Shown piece by piece: positions 51,604-64,000 of a DNA stretch of 64,000 bases. The notes beneath the pieces were generated by a model. It worked only from the letters and a program-made list of their open reading frames with translations, was not told where the DNA came from and did no database searches. Made by a program: the position numbers and the translations under genes. The stretch's first letter is position 1. Every line of letters starts with the position of its first letter. Source of the DNA: Escherichia coli. Its GTDB lineage: Bacteria; Pseudomonadota; Gammaproteobacteria; Enterobacterales; Enterobacteriaceae. The stretch is from assembly GCF_024700885.2 (NCBI RefSeq), contig NZ_CP117016.1; one strand, written 5' to 3'.

Positions 51604-52548
51604 ATGAAGCTTAAGAACACCCTCCTGGCGTCGGCACTGCTTTCTGCTACGGCATTCTCCGTTAACGCAGCAACAGAACTGACACCGGAGCAAGCGGCAG
51701 CGGTTAAACCTTTTGACCGTGTAGTGGTTACCGGTCGTTTTAATGCTATTGGCGAAGCGGTGAAAGCCGTTTCTCGTCGCGCAGATAAAGAAGGTGCCGC
51801 CTCTTTTTATGTTGTCGACACTTCTGATTTTGGTAACAGCGGTAACTGGCGTGTGGTCGCTGACCTCTATAAAGCCGATGCTGAAAAAGCAGAAGAAACA
51901 AGTAATCGCGTAATTAACGGTGTTGTCGAACTGCCGAAAGATCAGGCCGTTCTGATTGAACCGTTTGACACGGTCACCGTCCAGGGCTTCTATCGTAGCC
52001 AGCCAGAAGTCAATGATGCCATCACCAAAGCGGCAAAAGCGAAAGGTGCCTACTCTTTCTACATCGTTCGTCAAATCGATGCCAACCAGGGCGGCAACCA
52101 GCGTATTACTGCATTCATCTATAAAAAAGATGCTAAGAAACGTATCGTCCAGAGCCCGGATGTGATCCCGGCAGATTCCGAAGCAGGACGTGCAGCTCTG
52201 GCTGCCGGTGGCGAAGCTGCGAAGAAAGTTGAGATCCCGGGTGTTGCGACTACCGCATCACCAAGTTCTGAAGTCGGTCGCTTCTTTGAAACCCAGTCAT
52301 CAAAAGGCGGGCGTTACACCGTCACGCTCCCGGATGGCACTAAAGTCGAAGAACTGAACAAAGCGACCGCAGCGATGATGGTCCCGTTCGACAGCATCAA
52401 ATTCTCTGGCAACTACGGCAACATGACTGAAGTCTCCTATCAGGTTGCGAAACGTGCCGCGAAGAAAGGTGCTAAGTATTACCACATCACCCGCCAGTGG
52501 CAGGAACGTGGTAATAACCTGACCGTCAGCGCAGATCTGTATAAATAA
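51604..52548 (+). CDS. ydgH: Periplasmic DUF1471-repeat protein YdgH
   Basis: 314 aa with a signal peptide and three YdgH/BhsA-like repeats. Confidence 0.88.
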   Translation: MKLKNTLLASALLSATAFSVNAATELTPEQAAAVKPFDRVVVTGRFNAIGEAVKAVSRRADKEGAASFYVVDTSDFGNSGNWRVVADLYKADAEKAEETSNRVINGVVELPKDQAVLIEPFDTVTVQGFYRSQPEVNDAITKAAKAKGAYSFYIVRQIDANQGGNQRITAFIYKKDAKKRIVQSPDVIPADSEAGRAALAAGGEAAKKVEIPGVATTASPSSEVGRFFETQSSKGGRYTVTLPDGTKVEELNKATAAMMVPFDSIKFSGNYGNMTEVSYQVAKRAAKKGAKYYHITRQWQERGNNLTVSADLYK

Positions 52549-52566
52549 CTATTCAGTTACTCCTAT

Positions 52567-52597
52567 AAGGCGGCTTGATGCCGCCTTTCGCATTTTT
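52567..52597 (+). terminator. Rho-independent terminator after ydgH
   Basis: Stem aaggcggc/gccgcctt followed by tcgcattttt. Confidence 0.75.
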
Positions 52598-52733
52598 AGT
52601 CACAAATTTCCCCGCGACCATTGCATGCAGACACATCTCTTCGTAAAATCCCGCGCTTCAGTGGCAAACTCCATTTTTATGCGTTTTGCCCTAATATTTA
52701 TTCTTCTTATCACGTTTTAATCACTGGATATCG

Positions 52734-54116
52734 ATGGAAAAGAAACTGGGACTGAGCGCACTCACCGCGCTGGTATTAAGCTCAATGCTGGGCGCGGGTG
52801 TTTTCAGTCTGCCGCAAAATATGGCGGCAGTTGCCAGCCCGGCAGCACTGCTCATCGGCTGGGGCATTACTGGCGCTGGCATTTTATTGCTGGCCTTTGC
52901 CATGCTGATCCTCACGCGCATTCGTCCCGAACTTGACGGCGGTATCTTTACCTATGCCCGCGAAGGGTTTGGCGAGCTAATCGGCTTTTGTTCCGCATGG
53001 GGATACTGGCTGTGCGCAGTCATCGCCAACGTCTCCTATCTGGTGATCGTTTTTTCCGCGTTAAGCTTTTTTACGGACACGCCGGAATTGCGCCTGTTTG
53101 GCGATGGTAATACCTGGCAATCGATCCTCGGTGCATCGGCTTTATTGTGGATTGTTCACTTTTTGATCCTGCGCGGAGTGCAAACCGCTGCCAGCATTAA
53201 CCTGGTGGCGACACTGGCAAAATTGTTGCCGCTGGGTCTGTTTGTTGTGCTGGCGATGATGATGTTCAAACTGGATACCTTCAAGCTCGACTTCACCGGA
53301 CTTGCACTTGGCGTACCCGTTTGGGAACAGGTGAAAAACACCATGCTGATCACCCTGTGGGTTTTCATTGGTGTGGAAGGTGCCGTGGTTGTTTCTGCGC
53401 GTGCGCGTAATAAACGTGATGTTGGCAAAGCGACACTGCTGGCGGTTCTCTCCGCTCTGGGCGTTTACTTGCTGGTAACGCTGCTTTCGCTGGGCGTGGT
53501 GGCACGTCCTGAACTGGCTGAAATTCGTAACCCGTCAATGGCCGGTCTGATGGTGGAAATGATGGGACCGTGGGGCGAAATCATCATCGCTGCCGGTTTG
53601 ATCGTTTCCGTTTGCGGCGCGTACTTAAGCTGGACCATCATGGCGGCAGAAGTTCCGTTCCTGGCTGCCACTCATAAAGCATTCCCGCGCATTTTTGCGC
53701 GCCAGAACGCACAAGCTGCGCCATCCGCCTCACTGTGGTTGACCAACATCTGCGTGCAAATTTGTCTGGTACTCATCTGGCTGACCGGTTCCGATTACAA
53801 CACGTTGCTGACCATCGCCTCAGAAATGATTCTGGTGCCCTATTTCCTGGTCGGCGCGTTCTTGCTGAAAATCGCAACCCGTCCACTGCATAAAGCGGTA
53901 GGTGTCGGTGCCTGCATTTATGGCTTATGGTTATTGTACGCCTCTGGTCCAATGCACTTGCTGTTATCCGTTGTTCTGTATGCGCCGGGGCTGCTGGTTT
54001 TCCTGTATGCGCGTAAAACGCATACACATGATAACGTACTGAACCGCCAGGAAATGGTGCTAATTGGCATGCTGTTAATTGCCTCAGTTCCGGCGACCTG
54101 GATGCTGGTGGGATAA
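52734..54116 (+). CDS. ydgI: APC-family putative arginine:ornithine antiporter YdgI (ArcD)
   Basis: 460 aa, multi-TM (MEKKLGLSALTALVLSSMLGAGVF). Confidence 0.9.
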   Translation: MEKKLGLSALTALVLSSMLGAGVFSLPQNMAAVASPAALLIGWGITGAGILLLAFAMLILTRIRPELDGGIFTYAREGFGELIGFCSAWGYWLCAVIANVSYLVIVFSALSFFTDTPELRLFGDGNTWQSILGASALLWIVHFLILRGVQTAASINLVATLAKLLPLGLFVVLAMMMFKLDTFKLDFTGLALGVPVWEQVKNTMLITLWVFIGVEGAVVVSARARNKRDVGKATLLAVLSALGVYLLVTLLSLGVVARPELAEIRNPSMAGLMVEMMGPWGEIIIAAGLIVSVCGAYLSWTIMAAEVPFLAATHKAFPRIFARQNAQAAPSASLWLTNICVQICLVLIWLTGSDYNTLLTIASEMILVPYFLVGAFLLKIATRPLHKAVGVGACIYGLWLLYASGPMHLLLSVVLYAPGLLVFLYARKTHTHDNVLNRQEMVLIGMLLIASVPATWMLVG

Positions 54117-54152
54117 CGTTCATCCCATCGTTGGATAGCAAAGGAGATAACG

Positions 54153-54875
54153 ATGGGTAAAGCCCAGCCCTTGCCAATATTAATTACTGGCGGAGGTCGT
54201 CGCATCGGCCTCGCACTCGCCTGGCATTTCATTAATCAAAAGCAACCGGTGATTGTCAGCTATCGGACGCACTATCCAGCCATTGATGGACTGATTAAGG
54301 CAGGTGCGCAGTGTATTCAGGCTGATTTTTCGACCAACGACGGTGTGATGGCGTTTGCCGATGAAGTACTAAAAAGCACCCATGGTCTGCGTGCTATTTT
54401 GCATAACGCCAGCGCGTGGATGGCGGAAAAACCGGGAGCGCCACTGACCGACGTACTGGCTTGCATGATGCAGATCCACGTTAATACCCCATACCTGCTC
54501 AACCATGCGCTGGAAAGATTACTGCGTGGGCACGGACACGCCGCCAGTGATATCATTCACTTTACCGATTATGTGGTGGAGCGCGGTAGCGACAAACATA
54601 TTGCCTATGCTGCAAGCAAGGCGGCACTGGATAATATGACCCGCTCGTTTGCCCGCAAGCTGGCACCGGAAGTGAAAGTGAATTCTATTGCGCCATCGCT
54701 GATCCTGTTTAATGAGCATGATGATGCCGAATATCGACAACAGGCGCTGAATAAATCACTGATGAAAACCGCGCCTGGCGAGAAAGAAGTGATCGACCTG
54801 GTCGATTACTTACTTACCAGCTGCTTTGTCACCGGACGCAGTTTCCCTCTTGATGGCGGTCGTCATCTGCGTTAA
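54153..54875 (+). CDS. folM: Dihydromonapterin reductase FolM (SDR)
   Basis: 240 aa (MGKAQPLPILITGGGRRIG). Confidence 0.92.
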   Translation: MGKAQPLPILITGGGRRIGLALAWHFINQKQPVIVSYRTHYPAIDGLIKAGAQCIQADFSTNDGVMAFADEVLKSTHGLRAILHNASAWMAEKPGAPLTDVLACMMQIHVNTPYLLNHALERLLRGHGHAASDIIHFTDYVVERGSDKHIAYAASKAALDNMTRSFARKLAPEVKVNSIAPSLILFNEHDDAEYRQQALNKSLMKTAPGEKEVIDLVDYLLTSCFVTGRSFPLDGGRHLR

Positions 54876-55207
54876 TGCAGCTTAATCCAGCATATAATCA
54901 ACACCCATGCGCTTATCCCCCAGCATGCAACAGAACCAACAAAAGCGGCGGGCAAGCGCATCATTCCGGTGAAATACCACAGCGACGCCAGGTAAACAAA
55001 ATAGGGAATAATCGACCACATGCTAAAAATGATGGTTGCGCGTAAGGCTTCAATGCCGCGTTCGCTGGCAACAATATAATGCGCGATGAGCGCAAAGGTC
55101 GGGAAAAGTGGAATCAGCCCGGCGATATAATAATTTTTCGTTTTTGCTAAAACACCAATCAACAGCACTACCAGCGCACCGAGCGCGGCTTTGATTACCA
55201 GCCCCAT
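54872..55207 (-). CDS. ydgC: GlpM-family inner membrane protein YdgC
   Basis: 111 aa with 3-4 TM segments. It has a 4-bp convergent overlap with folM. Confidence 0.88.
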   Translation of the reverse strand: MGLVIKAALGALVVLLIGVLAKTKNYYIAGLIPLFPTFALIAHYIVASERGIEALRATIIFSMWSIIPYFVYLASLWYFTGMMRLPAAFVGSVACWGISAWVLIICWIKLH

Positions 55208-55262
55208 CTTTTTACCTTAACACCTCCATAACAAGTCATCAGTAGAATACCTGATGAAAGCT

Positions 55263-55279
55263 TGTTTAGAAACGATTGA
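55263..55279 (+). promoter_or_regulatory. Possible PhoP box upstream of rstA
   Basis: TGTTTAgaaacGATTGA, one good and one degenerate half-site. rstA is PhoP-activated in K-12 (recollection). Confidence 0.4.
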
Positions 55280-55335
55280 TAGTAAGTAAAAACAGCGCGG
55301 TGTATTGTGACGTTTTTATATCTACCGTGAATGTT

Positions 55336-56055
55336 ATGAACACTATCGTATTTGTGGAAGATGATGCGGAAGTCGGTTCACTGATTGCCGCGTACCTGGC
55401 AAAACATGATATGCAGGTTACCGTAGAGCCGCGCGGCGACCAGGCCGAAGAAACCATTTTGCGAGAAAATCCGGATTTGGTGTTACTCGATATCATGCTA
55501 CCAGGCAAGGACGGCATGACCATTTGTCGTGATTTACGCGCAAAGTGGTCCGGACCGATTGTTCTTCTAACCTCTCTCGATAGCGATATGAACCACATCC
55601 TGGCACTGGAAATGGGTGCCTGCGACTATATTCTCAAAACGACGCCCCCTGCTGTTTTGTTAGCGCGTTTACGTTTGCATTTGCGTCAGAATGAGCAAGC
55701 CACACTGAGCAAAGGTCTTCAGGAAACGTCTCTGACTCCCTACAAAGCCCTGCATTTCGGCACGTTGACCATCGATCCTATCAACCGCGTAGTCACCCTG
55801 GCTAACACTGAAATCTCGCTCTCGACAGCTGATTTCGAATTATTGTGGGAATTAGCTACCCATGCTGGGCAAATCATGGACCGCGATGCATTGCTGAAAA
55901 ATTTACGTGGCGTCAGTTATGACGGACTGGATCGTAGCGTGGACGTGGCTATTTCGCGGTTAAGAAAAAAACTGCTCGATAACGCCGCAGAACCTTATCG
56001 CATTAAAACTGTGCGTAACAAAGGCTATCTTTTTGCGCCTCATGCATGGGAATAA
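55336..56055 (+). CDS. rstA: OmpR-family response regulator RstA
   Basis: The start was set at MNTIVFVEDD, giving 239 aa with receiver and winged-helix domains. Confidence 0.93.
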   Translation: MNTIVFVEDDAEVGSLIAAYLAKHDMQVTVEPRGDQAEETILRENPDLVLLDIMLPGKDGMTICRDLRAKWSGPIVLLTSLDSDMNHILALEMGACDYILKTTPPAVLLARLRLHLRQNEQATLSKGLQETSLTPYKALHFGTLTIDPINRVVTLANTEISLSTADFELLWELATHAGQIMDRDALLKNLRGVSYDGLDRSVDVAISRLRKKLLDNAAEPYRIKTVRNKGYLFAPHAWE

Positions 56056-56058
56056 GCG

Positions 56059-57360
56059 ATGAAAAAACTGTTTATCCAGTTTTACCTGTTATTGTTTGTC
56101 TGCTTCCTTGTGATGTCTCTGCTGGTCGGGCTGGTGTACAAATTTACCGCCGAACGCGCGGGCAAACAGTCGCTGGATGATTTGATGAACAGTTCGCTGT
56201 ATCTGATGCGTAGCGAATTGCGTGAGATCCCCCCACACGACTGGGGTAAGACGCTGAAAGAGATGGATTTAAATCTCTCTTTCGATCTGCGTGTCGAGCC
56301 ACTGAGTAAATACCATCTGGATGATATTTCCATGCACCGGCTGCGTGGCGGCGAAATTGTCGCTCTGGACGATCAGTACACCTTTTTGCAACGTATCCCG
56401 CGCAGCCACTACGTGCTGGCAGTTGGTCCTGTTCCTTATCTTTATTACCTCCATCAGATGCGATTACTGGATATCGCCCTGATCGCTTTTATTGCCATTT
56501 CCCTCGCCTTTCCGGTGTTTATCTGGATGCGTCCGCACTGGCAGGATATGTTAAAACTGGAAGCAGCGGCGCAACGATTTGGCGATGGGCATCTCAGTGA
56601 GCGTATCCACTTTGATGAGGGTTCGAGCTTTGAACGACTTGGCGTCGCATTTAACCAGATGGCGGACAATATCAACGCCTTGATTGCCAGCAAAAAACAG
56701 CTTATCGACGGAATCGCTCACGAACTGCGAACGCCGTTAGTGCGCTTGCGTTATCGACTGGAGATGAGTGATAACCTGAGCGCCGCCGAATCCCAGGCAT
56801 TGAATCGCGATATCAGTCAACTTGAAGCTTTAATTGAAGAGCTACTGACTTATGCCCGACTCGATCGCCCACAAAACGAGCTTCATCTTAGCGAACCAGA
56901 CCTGCCGTTGTGGCTGTCAACGCATCTGGCAGACATTCAGGCAGTAACACCCGATAAAACGGTACGGATTAAAACGCTCGCGCAAGGCCATTATGCGGCG
57001 TTGGATATGCGCTTAATGGAGCGTGTGCTGGATAATTTGCTCAATAACGCCCTGCGCTACTGCCATTCAACGGTTGAAACCAGCCTGCTACTGTCGGGGA
57101 ATAGAGCGACATTAATTGTTGAGGATGATGGCCCAGGGATTGCCCCAGAAAACCGCGAACATATCTTTGAACCTTTTGTTCGCCTCGATCCCAGCCGGGA
57201 TCGCTCAACCGGCGGCTGCGGGCTGGGGTTGGCGATTGTCCACTCTATAGCACTGGCAATGGGCGGTACGGTTAATTGTGACACCAGCGAACTGGGTGGT
57301 GCCCGCTTCTCGTTTAGTTGGCAGTTATGGCATAACATCCCGCAATTTACCTCTGCCTGA
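56059..57360 (+). CDS. rstB: Sensor histidine kinase RstB
   Basis: 433 aa with 2 TM segments, a HAMP domain, an H-box (IAHELRTPL) and N/G boxes. Confidence 0.93.
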   Translation: MKKLFIQFYLLLFVCFLVMSLLVGLVYKFTAERAGKQSLDDLMNSSLYLMRSELREIPPHDWGKTLKEMDLNLSFDLRVEPLSKYHLDDISMHRLRGGEIVALDDQYTFLQRIPRSHYVLAVGPVPYLYYLHQMRLLDIALIAFIAISLAFPVFIWMRPHWQDMLKLEAAAQRFGDGHLSERIHFDEGSSFERLGVAFNQMADNINALIASKKQLIDGIAHELRTPLVRLRYRLEMSDNLSAAESQALNRDISQLEALIEELLTYARLDRPQNELHLSEPDLPLWLSTHLADIQAVTPDKTVRIKTLAQGHYAALDMRLMERVLDNLLNNALRYCHSTVETSLLLSGNRATLIVEDDGPGIAPENREHIFEPFVRLDPSRDRSTGGCGLGLAIVHSIALAMGGTVNCDTSELGGARFSFSWQLWHNIPQFTSA

Positions 57361-57402
57361 CACTACGCGCACGGTGGTCAAGTCACCACCATTGTGCTAT
57401 AA

Positions 57403-59765
<2,363 letters not shown>

Positions 59766-59877
59766 GGCCTGCTCCTCACCTGATTAATTTTTTCTTTCTG
59801 TTTTGCTTTCGTTAAGCAACTTTTAGCTCACTCATTATTTACTATTTGATAACAAATGTTTGGTCTTTCGTGCCATG

Positions 59878-59902
59878 TAAAAAAACCGCCCCGAAGGGCG
59901 GC
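59878..59902 (-). terminator. Rho-independent terminator after fumA
   Basis: The minus strand reads gccgcccttcggggcggt followed by 7-8 T. Confidence 0.8.
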
Positions 59903-59907
59903 TCTGT

Positions 59908-61554
59908 TTATTTCACACAGCGGGTGCACTGTGTGAGTTGTATCTGCTGGAAGAAGTCATTTCCTTTATCATCCACAAGGATAAACGCCGGGAAATCTTC
60001 CACTTCAATTTTCCAGATGGCTTCCATTCCCAGTTCCGGATATTCAACACATTCCAGGCTCTTAATGCTTCCCTGCGCCAATACAGCTGCCGGACCACCG
60101 ATACTACCGAGGTAGAAACCGCCGTGTTTTTTACAAGCATCCGTCACCTGCTGGCTGCGGTTGCCTTTCGCCAGCATGATCATACTTCCGCCCTGCGCTT
60201 GCAGTTGATCGACATAAGAATCCATCCGTCCGGCGGTCGTTGGGCCAAGAGAACCGGAGGCATAACCTTCCGGCGTTTTGGCCGGACCCGCATAGTAAAT
60301 CGGATGATCTTTGATGTACTGCGGCAGCCCTTCACCGTTATCCATCCGCTCTTTCAGTTTGGCGTGAGCAATATCACGACCGACGATAATCGTGCCGTTA
60401 AGCGATAAGCGTGTAGAAACGGGGTACTGCGACAACTGTGCGAGGATCTCTTTCATCGGACGGTTAAGGTCAACGCGCACCGCTTCGCCTTCTCCCGTTT
60501 TGCGCAGCTCTTCCGGAATATATTTGCCTGGATTATGTTCCAGTTTTTCGATCCAGATCCCCTGACGGTTGATCTTCGCTTTGATATTACGGTCAGCGGA
60601 ACAGGAGACGCCCATTCCGACCGGGCAGGATGCGCCGTGACGTGGCAGGCGAATCACGCGGATGTCGTGAGCGAAGTATTTACCACCAAACTGCGCACCC
60701 AGACCAAGATTTTGCGCTTCGATCAGCAATTCTTTTTCCAGTTCCACATCGCGGAACGCCTGACCGTGCTCATTCCCTTCCGTTGGCAATTCATCATAGT
60801 ATTTAGCGGAAGCCAGTTTCACCGTTTTAAGGTTCGTTTCCGCAGAAGTTCCACCAATCACAAATGCAATATGATAGGGAGGACAGGCCGCCGTACCCAG
60901 CGTGCGCATCTTCTCAACCAGGTAATTTTTCAGTTTCCCCGGCGTTAGTAACGCTTTGGTTTCCTGATAGAGATACGTCTTGTTTGCCGAACCGCCACCT
61001 TTGGCGATACAGAGGAATTTGTACTCGTCGCCATCAACGGCATAAAGATCGATCTGCGCTGGTAGATTGGTGCCGGTATTCACCTCTTTATACATATCCA
61101 GCGGCGCGTTTTGCGAGTAGCGCAGATTATCTTCGATATAAGTGTTATAGACACCGCGTGCCAGCGCCGCTTCATCACCGCCACCGGTCCATACACGCTG
61201 CCCTTTTTTACCAACAATAATCGCGGTGCCGGTATCCTGACAGGTTGGCAGAACGCCTTTCGCCGCGATGTCGGAGTTGCGCAGGAATTGCAGCGCCACA
61301 TATTTATCATTTTCGCTGGCTTCCGGGTCACGCAGAATGTCGGCCACCTGTTGTTGGTGAGCCGGACGCAGCATAAATGACGCATCATGAAACGCCTGAC
61401 GCGCCAACAAAGTTAACGCTTCGGGTGCGACTTTCAAAATCTCCTGCCCTTCAAATTCAGATACGCTAACGTGTTCGCTGGTTAGCAGGTAATACTCAGT
61501 ATCATCTTTTTTGAGTGGAAAAGGAGCCTGATAATGAAAGGGTTTGTTTGACAT
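59908..61554 (-). CDS. fumA: Class I (Fe-S) fumarate hydratase
   Basis: 548 aa ([24 protein letters not shown]). Confidence 0.95.
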   Translation of the reverse strand: MSNKPFHYQAPFPLKKDDTEYYLLTSEHVSVSEFEGQEILKVAPEALTLLARQAFHDASFMLRPAHQQQVADILRDPEASENDKYVALQFLRNSDIAAKGVLPTCQDTGTAIIVGKKGQRVWTGGGDEAALARGVYNTYIEDNLRYSQNAPLDMYKEVNTGTNLPAQIDLYAVDGDEYKFLCIAKGGGSANKTYLYQETKALLTPGKLKNYLVEKMRTLGTAACPPYHIAFVIGGTSAETNLKTVKLASAKYYDELPTEGNEHGQAFRDVELEKELLIEAQNLGLGAQFGGKYFAHDIRVIRLPRHGASCPVGMGVSCSADRNIKAKINRQGIWIEKLEHNPGKYIPEELRKTGEGEAVRVDLNRPMKEILAQLSQYPVSTRLSLNGTIIVGRDIAHAKLKERMDNGEGLPQYIKDHPIYYAGPAKTPEGYASGSLGPTTAGRMDSYVDQLQAQGGSMIMLAKGNRSQQVTDACKKHGGFYLGSIGGPAAVLAQGSIKSLECVEYPELGMEAIWKIEVEDFPAFILVDDKGNDFFQQIQLTQCTRCVK

Positions 61555-61752
61555 TGTTCTCTCACTTACTGCCTGGTTTGGTTATGCTCTGGGCGGGTGT
61601 TCCGTTGCCCTGTTAAAAGCGAGTAACAATATCCTACACACTTTTTTAACAAAAACTGAGACTAGTACGACTTTTTGCGGCTCCAGGTTACTTCCCGTAG
61701 GATTCTTGCTTTAATAGCGGGATTAATTTCCACATTAAAACAGGGATTGATC

Positions 61753-62928
61753 ATGCAAAAACTCATTAACTCAGTGCAAAACTATGCCTGGGGCAGCAAA
61801 ACGGCGTTGACTGAACTTTATGGTATGGAAAATCCGTCCAGCCAGCCGATGGCCGAGCTGTGGATGGGCGCACATCCGAAAAGCAGTTCACGGGTGCAGA
61901 ATGCCGCCGGAGATATCGTTTCACTGCGTGATGTGATTGAGAGTGATAAATCGACTCTGCTCGGAGAGGCCGTTGCCAAACGCTTTGGCGAACTGCCTTT
62001 CCTGTTCAAAGTATTATGCGCAGCACAGCCGCTCTCCATTCAGGTTCATCCAAACAAACGCAATTCTGAAATCGGTTTTGCCAAAGAAAATGCCGCAGGT
62101 ATTCCGATGGATGCCGCCGAGCGTAACTATAAAGATCCTAACCACAAGCCGGAGCTGGTTTTTGCGCTGACGCCTTTCCTTGCGATGAACGCGTTTCGTG
62201 AATTTTCCGAGATTGTCTCCCTACTCCAGCCAGTCGCAGGTGCACATCCGGCGATTGCTCACTTTTTACAACAGCCTGATGCCGAACGTTTAAGCGAACT
62301 GTTCGCCAGCCTGCTGAATATGCAGGGGGAAGAAAAATCCCGCGCGCTGGCGATTTTAAAATCGGCGCTCGACAGTCAGCAGGGTGAACCGTGGCAAACG
62401 ATTCGTTTAATTTCTGAATTTTACCCGGATGACAGCGGTCTGTTCTCCCCGCTGTTGCTGAATGTGGTGAAATTGAATCCTGGCGAAGCGATGTTCCTGT
62501 TCGCTGAAACGCCGCACGCTTACCTGCAAGGCGTAGCGCTGGAAGTGATGGCGAACTCCGATAATGTGCTGCGTGCGGGTCTGACGCCTAAATATATTGA
62601 TATTCCGGAACTGGTTGCCAATGTGAAGTTCGAAGCCAAACCGGCTAACCAGTTGTTGACCCAGCCGGTGAAACAAGGTGCAGAACTGGACTTCCCGATT
62701 CCTGTTGATGATTTTGCCTTCTCGCTGCATGACCTTAGTGATAAAGAAACCACCATCAGCCAGCAGAGTGCCGCCATTTTGTTCTGCGTCGAAGGCGATG
62801 CAACGCTGTGGAAAGGTTCTCAGCAGTTACAGCTTAAACCGGGTGAATCAGCGTTTATTGCCGCCAACGAATCACCGGTGACTGTCAAAGGCCACGGCCG
62901 TTTAGCGCGTGTTTACAACAAGCTGTAA
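61753..62928 (+). CDS. manA: Mannose-6-phosphate isomerase
   Basis: The start was set at MQKLINSVQNYAWGSK, giving 391 aa. Confidence 0.95.
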   Translation: MQKLINSVQNYAWGSKTALTELYGMENPSSQPMAELWMGAHPKSSSRVQNAAGDIVSLRDVIESDKSTLLGEAVAKRFGELPFLFKVLCAAQPLSIQVHPNKRNSEIGFAKENAAGIPMDAAERNYKDPNHKPELVFALTPFLAMNAFREFSEIVSLLQPVAGAHPAIAHFLQQPDAERLSELFASLLNMQGEEKSRALAILKSALDSQQGEPWQTIRLISEFYPDDSGLFSPLLLNVVKLNPGEAMFLFAETPHAYLQGVALEVMANSDNVLRAGLTPKYIDIPELVANVKFEAKPANQLLTQPVKQGAELDFPIPVDDFAFSLHDLSDKETTISQQSAAILFCVEGDATLWKGSQQLQLKPGESAFIAANESPVTVKGHGRLARVYNKL

Positions 62929-63028
62929 GAGCTTACTGAAAAAATTAACATCTCTTGCTAAGCTTATTAAAGGCTTATAACACCTTCAGGCGGCCAGTCC
63001 GCCTGATTTCATTTTATGGATAATCATT

Positions 63029-64000
63029 ATGAATAAATCGCTGGTAGCGGTAGGCGTCATTGTTGCGCTAGGCGTAGTCTGGACAGGCGGCGCATGGTAT
63101 ACAGGCAAGAAGATTGAAACCCATCTCGAAGACATGGTCGCGCAGGCGAACGCGCAACTCAAACTGACCGCTCCTGAATCCAACCTGGAAGTCAGTTATC
63201 AAAACTATCATCGCGGCGTATTCAGCAGCCAGTTGCAACTGTTGGTGAAACCCATTGCCGGGAAAGAAAATCCGTGGATTAAAAGCGGTCAGAGCGTCAT
63301 CTTCAACGAATCGGTTGATCATGGTCCCTTCCCCCTTGCCCAGCTAAAAAAACTGAACCTGATCCCGTCGATGGCATCAATTCAAACCACGCTGGTTAAT
63401 AACGAAGTTAGCAAGCCACTGTTTGATATGGCAAAAGGTGAAACGCCTTTTGAGATTAACTCCCGCATTGGTTACAGCGGAGATTCCAGTTCCGATATTT
63501 CGCTCAAGCCGCTGAATTACGAGCAAAAGGATGAAAAAGTCGCCTTTAGCGGCGGCGAGTTCCAGTTAAATGCGGACAGAGACGGCAAAGCTATCTCCCT
63601 TTCCGGGGAGGCGCAAAGTGGTCGGATAGACGCAGTTAACGAATACAACCAGAAAGTGCAGTTGACCTTTAATAATCTGAAAACCGACGGTTCCAGCACG
63701 CTGGCAAGTTTTGGTGAGCGCGTAGGAAACCAAAAACTGTCACTGGAAAAAATGACCATTTCAGTGGAAGGCAAAGAACTGGCACTGCTGGAAGGCATGG
63801 AGATCAGCGGTAAATCGGATCTGGTCAATGACGGTAAAACGATCAATAGCCAACTGGATTACTCGCTAAACAGCCTGAAGGTACAGAATCAGGATCTGGG
63901 CAGTGGCAAGCTGACTCTAAAAGTCGGCCAAATTGATGGCGAAGCCTGGCATCAGTTTAGCCAGCAATATAACGCGCAAACTCAGGCGCTGCTGGCACAG
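63029..64000 (+). CDS. ydgA: DUF945 protein YdgA (5' partial, runs off the window)
   Basis: ATG at 63029 (MNKSLVAVGVIVALGVVWTGGAWYTGKK). The frame is open to the window end. It is absent from the ORF track because there is no stop. Confidence 0.85.
   Translation, partial: MNKSLVAVGVIVALGVVWTGGAWYTGKKIETHLEDMVAQANAQLKLTAPESNLEVSYQNYHRGVFSSQLQLLVKPIAGKENPWIKSGQSVIFNESVDHGPFPLAQLKKLNLIPSMASIQTTLVNNEVSKPLFDMAKGETPFEINSRIGYSGDSSSDISLKPLNYEQKDEKVAFSGGEFQLNADRDGKAISLSGEAQSGRIDAVNEYNQKVQLTFNNLKTDGSSTLASFGERVGNQKLSLEKMTISVEGKELALLEGMEISGKSDLVNDGKTINSQLDYSLNSLKVQNQDLGSGKLTLKVGQIDGEAWHQFSQQYNAQTQALLAQ

Noticed and set aside
51526-52074. 182-aa minus-strand ORF over the ydgH 5' half
   Set aside because: It is antisense to ydgH, which has a signal peptide, repeats and a terminator. 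It is a shadow ORF.

Overview
The window is Escherichia coli chromosome from the terminus-proximal region. The backbone is syntenic with K-12 in the order ydeE-mgtS-mgrR-dgcZ-ydeI-dcp-ydfGHZIJ-rspBA-ynfA-ynfH-dmsD-clcB-bioD2-mlc-ynfLM-asr-ydgUD-mdtIJ-[tqsA]-pntBA-ydgHI-folM-ydgC-rstAB-TerB-tus-fumCA-manA-ydgA. Gene identities come from recognising the translated ORFs. No database search was run. There are three strain-specific differences from my recollection of K-12. (1) ydfJ is intact and lies next to rspB, so the Qin prophage site is empty. (2) ydeJ is missing apart from a short 3' remnant. (3) tqsA is split by a 15.26-kb insertion (31955..47226) bounded by a 9-bp direct repeat, and this insertion is the main result. 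It carries a P4-type tyrosine integrase, an AlpA-like regulator, a divergent ribbon-helix-helix regulator with three palindromic operators, and an early operon of small overlapping ORFs that includes an Icd-like gene. It also carries a P4-family primase/helicase followed by an iteron-type origin, an SSB and a PerC-like regulator. It has a complete HK97-type head and packaging set: major capsid, prohead protease, portal, head-closure adaptor, gp6-like connector, HNH, P27-type TerS and TerL. It has no tail, tape-measure, baseplate or lysis genes. I read it as an intact tail-less, capsid-forming phage satellite. It resembles the class I recall being named capsid-forming PICI (cf-PICI), which would make its own small capsids and need only the tails of a helper phage. 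Inside it I found repeat families that gene annotation does not explain: 10-bp-phased (G)AACAA arrays at four sites, a 23-bp perfect repeat in both att arms, 11 GGTAGA iterons, and a structured 0.7-kb non-coding end. No rRNA, tRNA or CRISPR array was seen.
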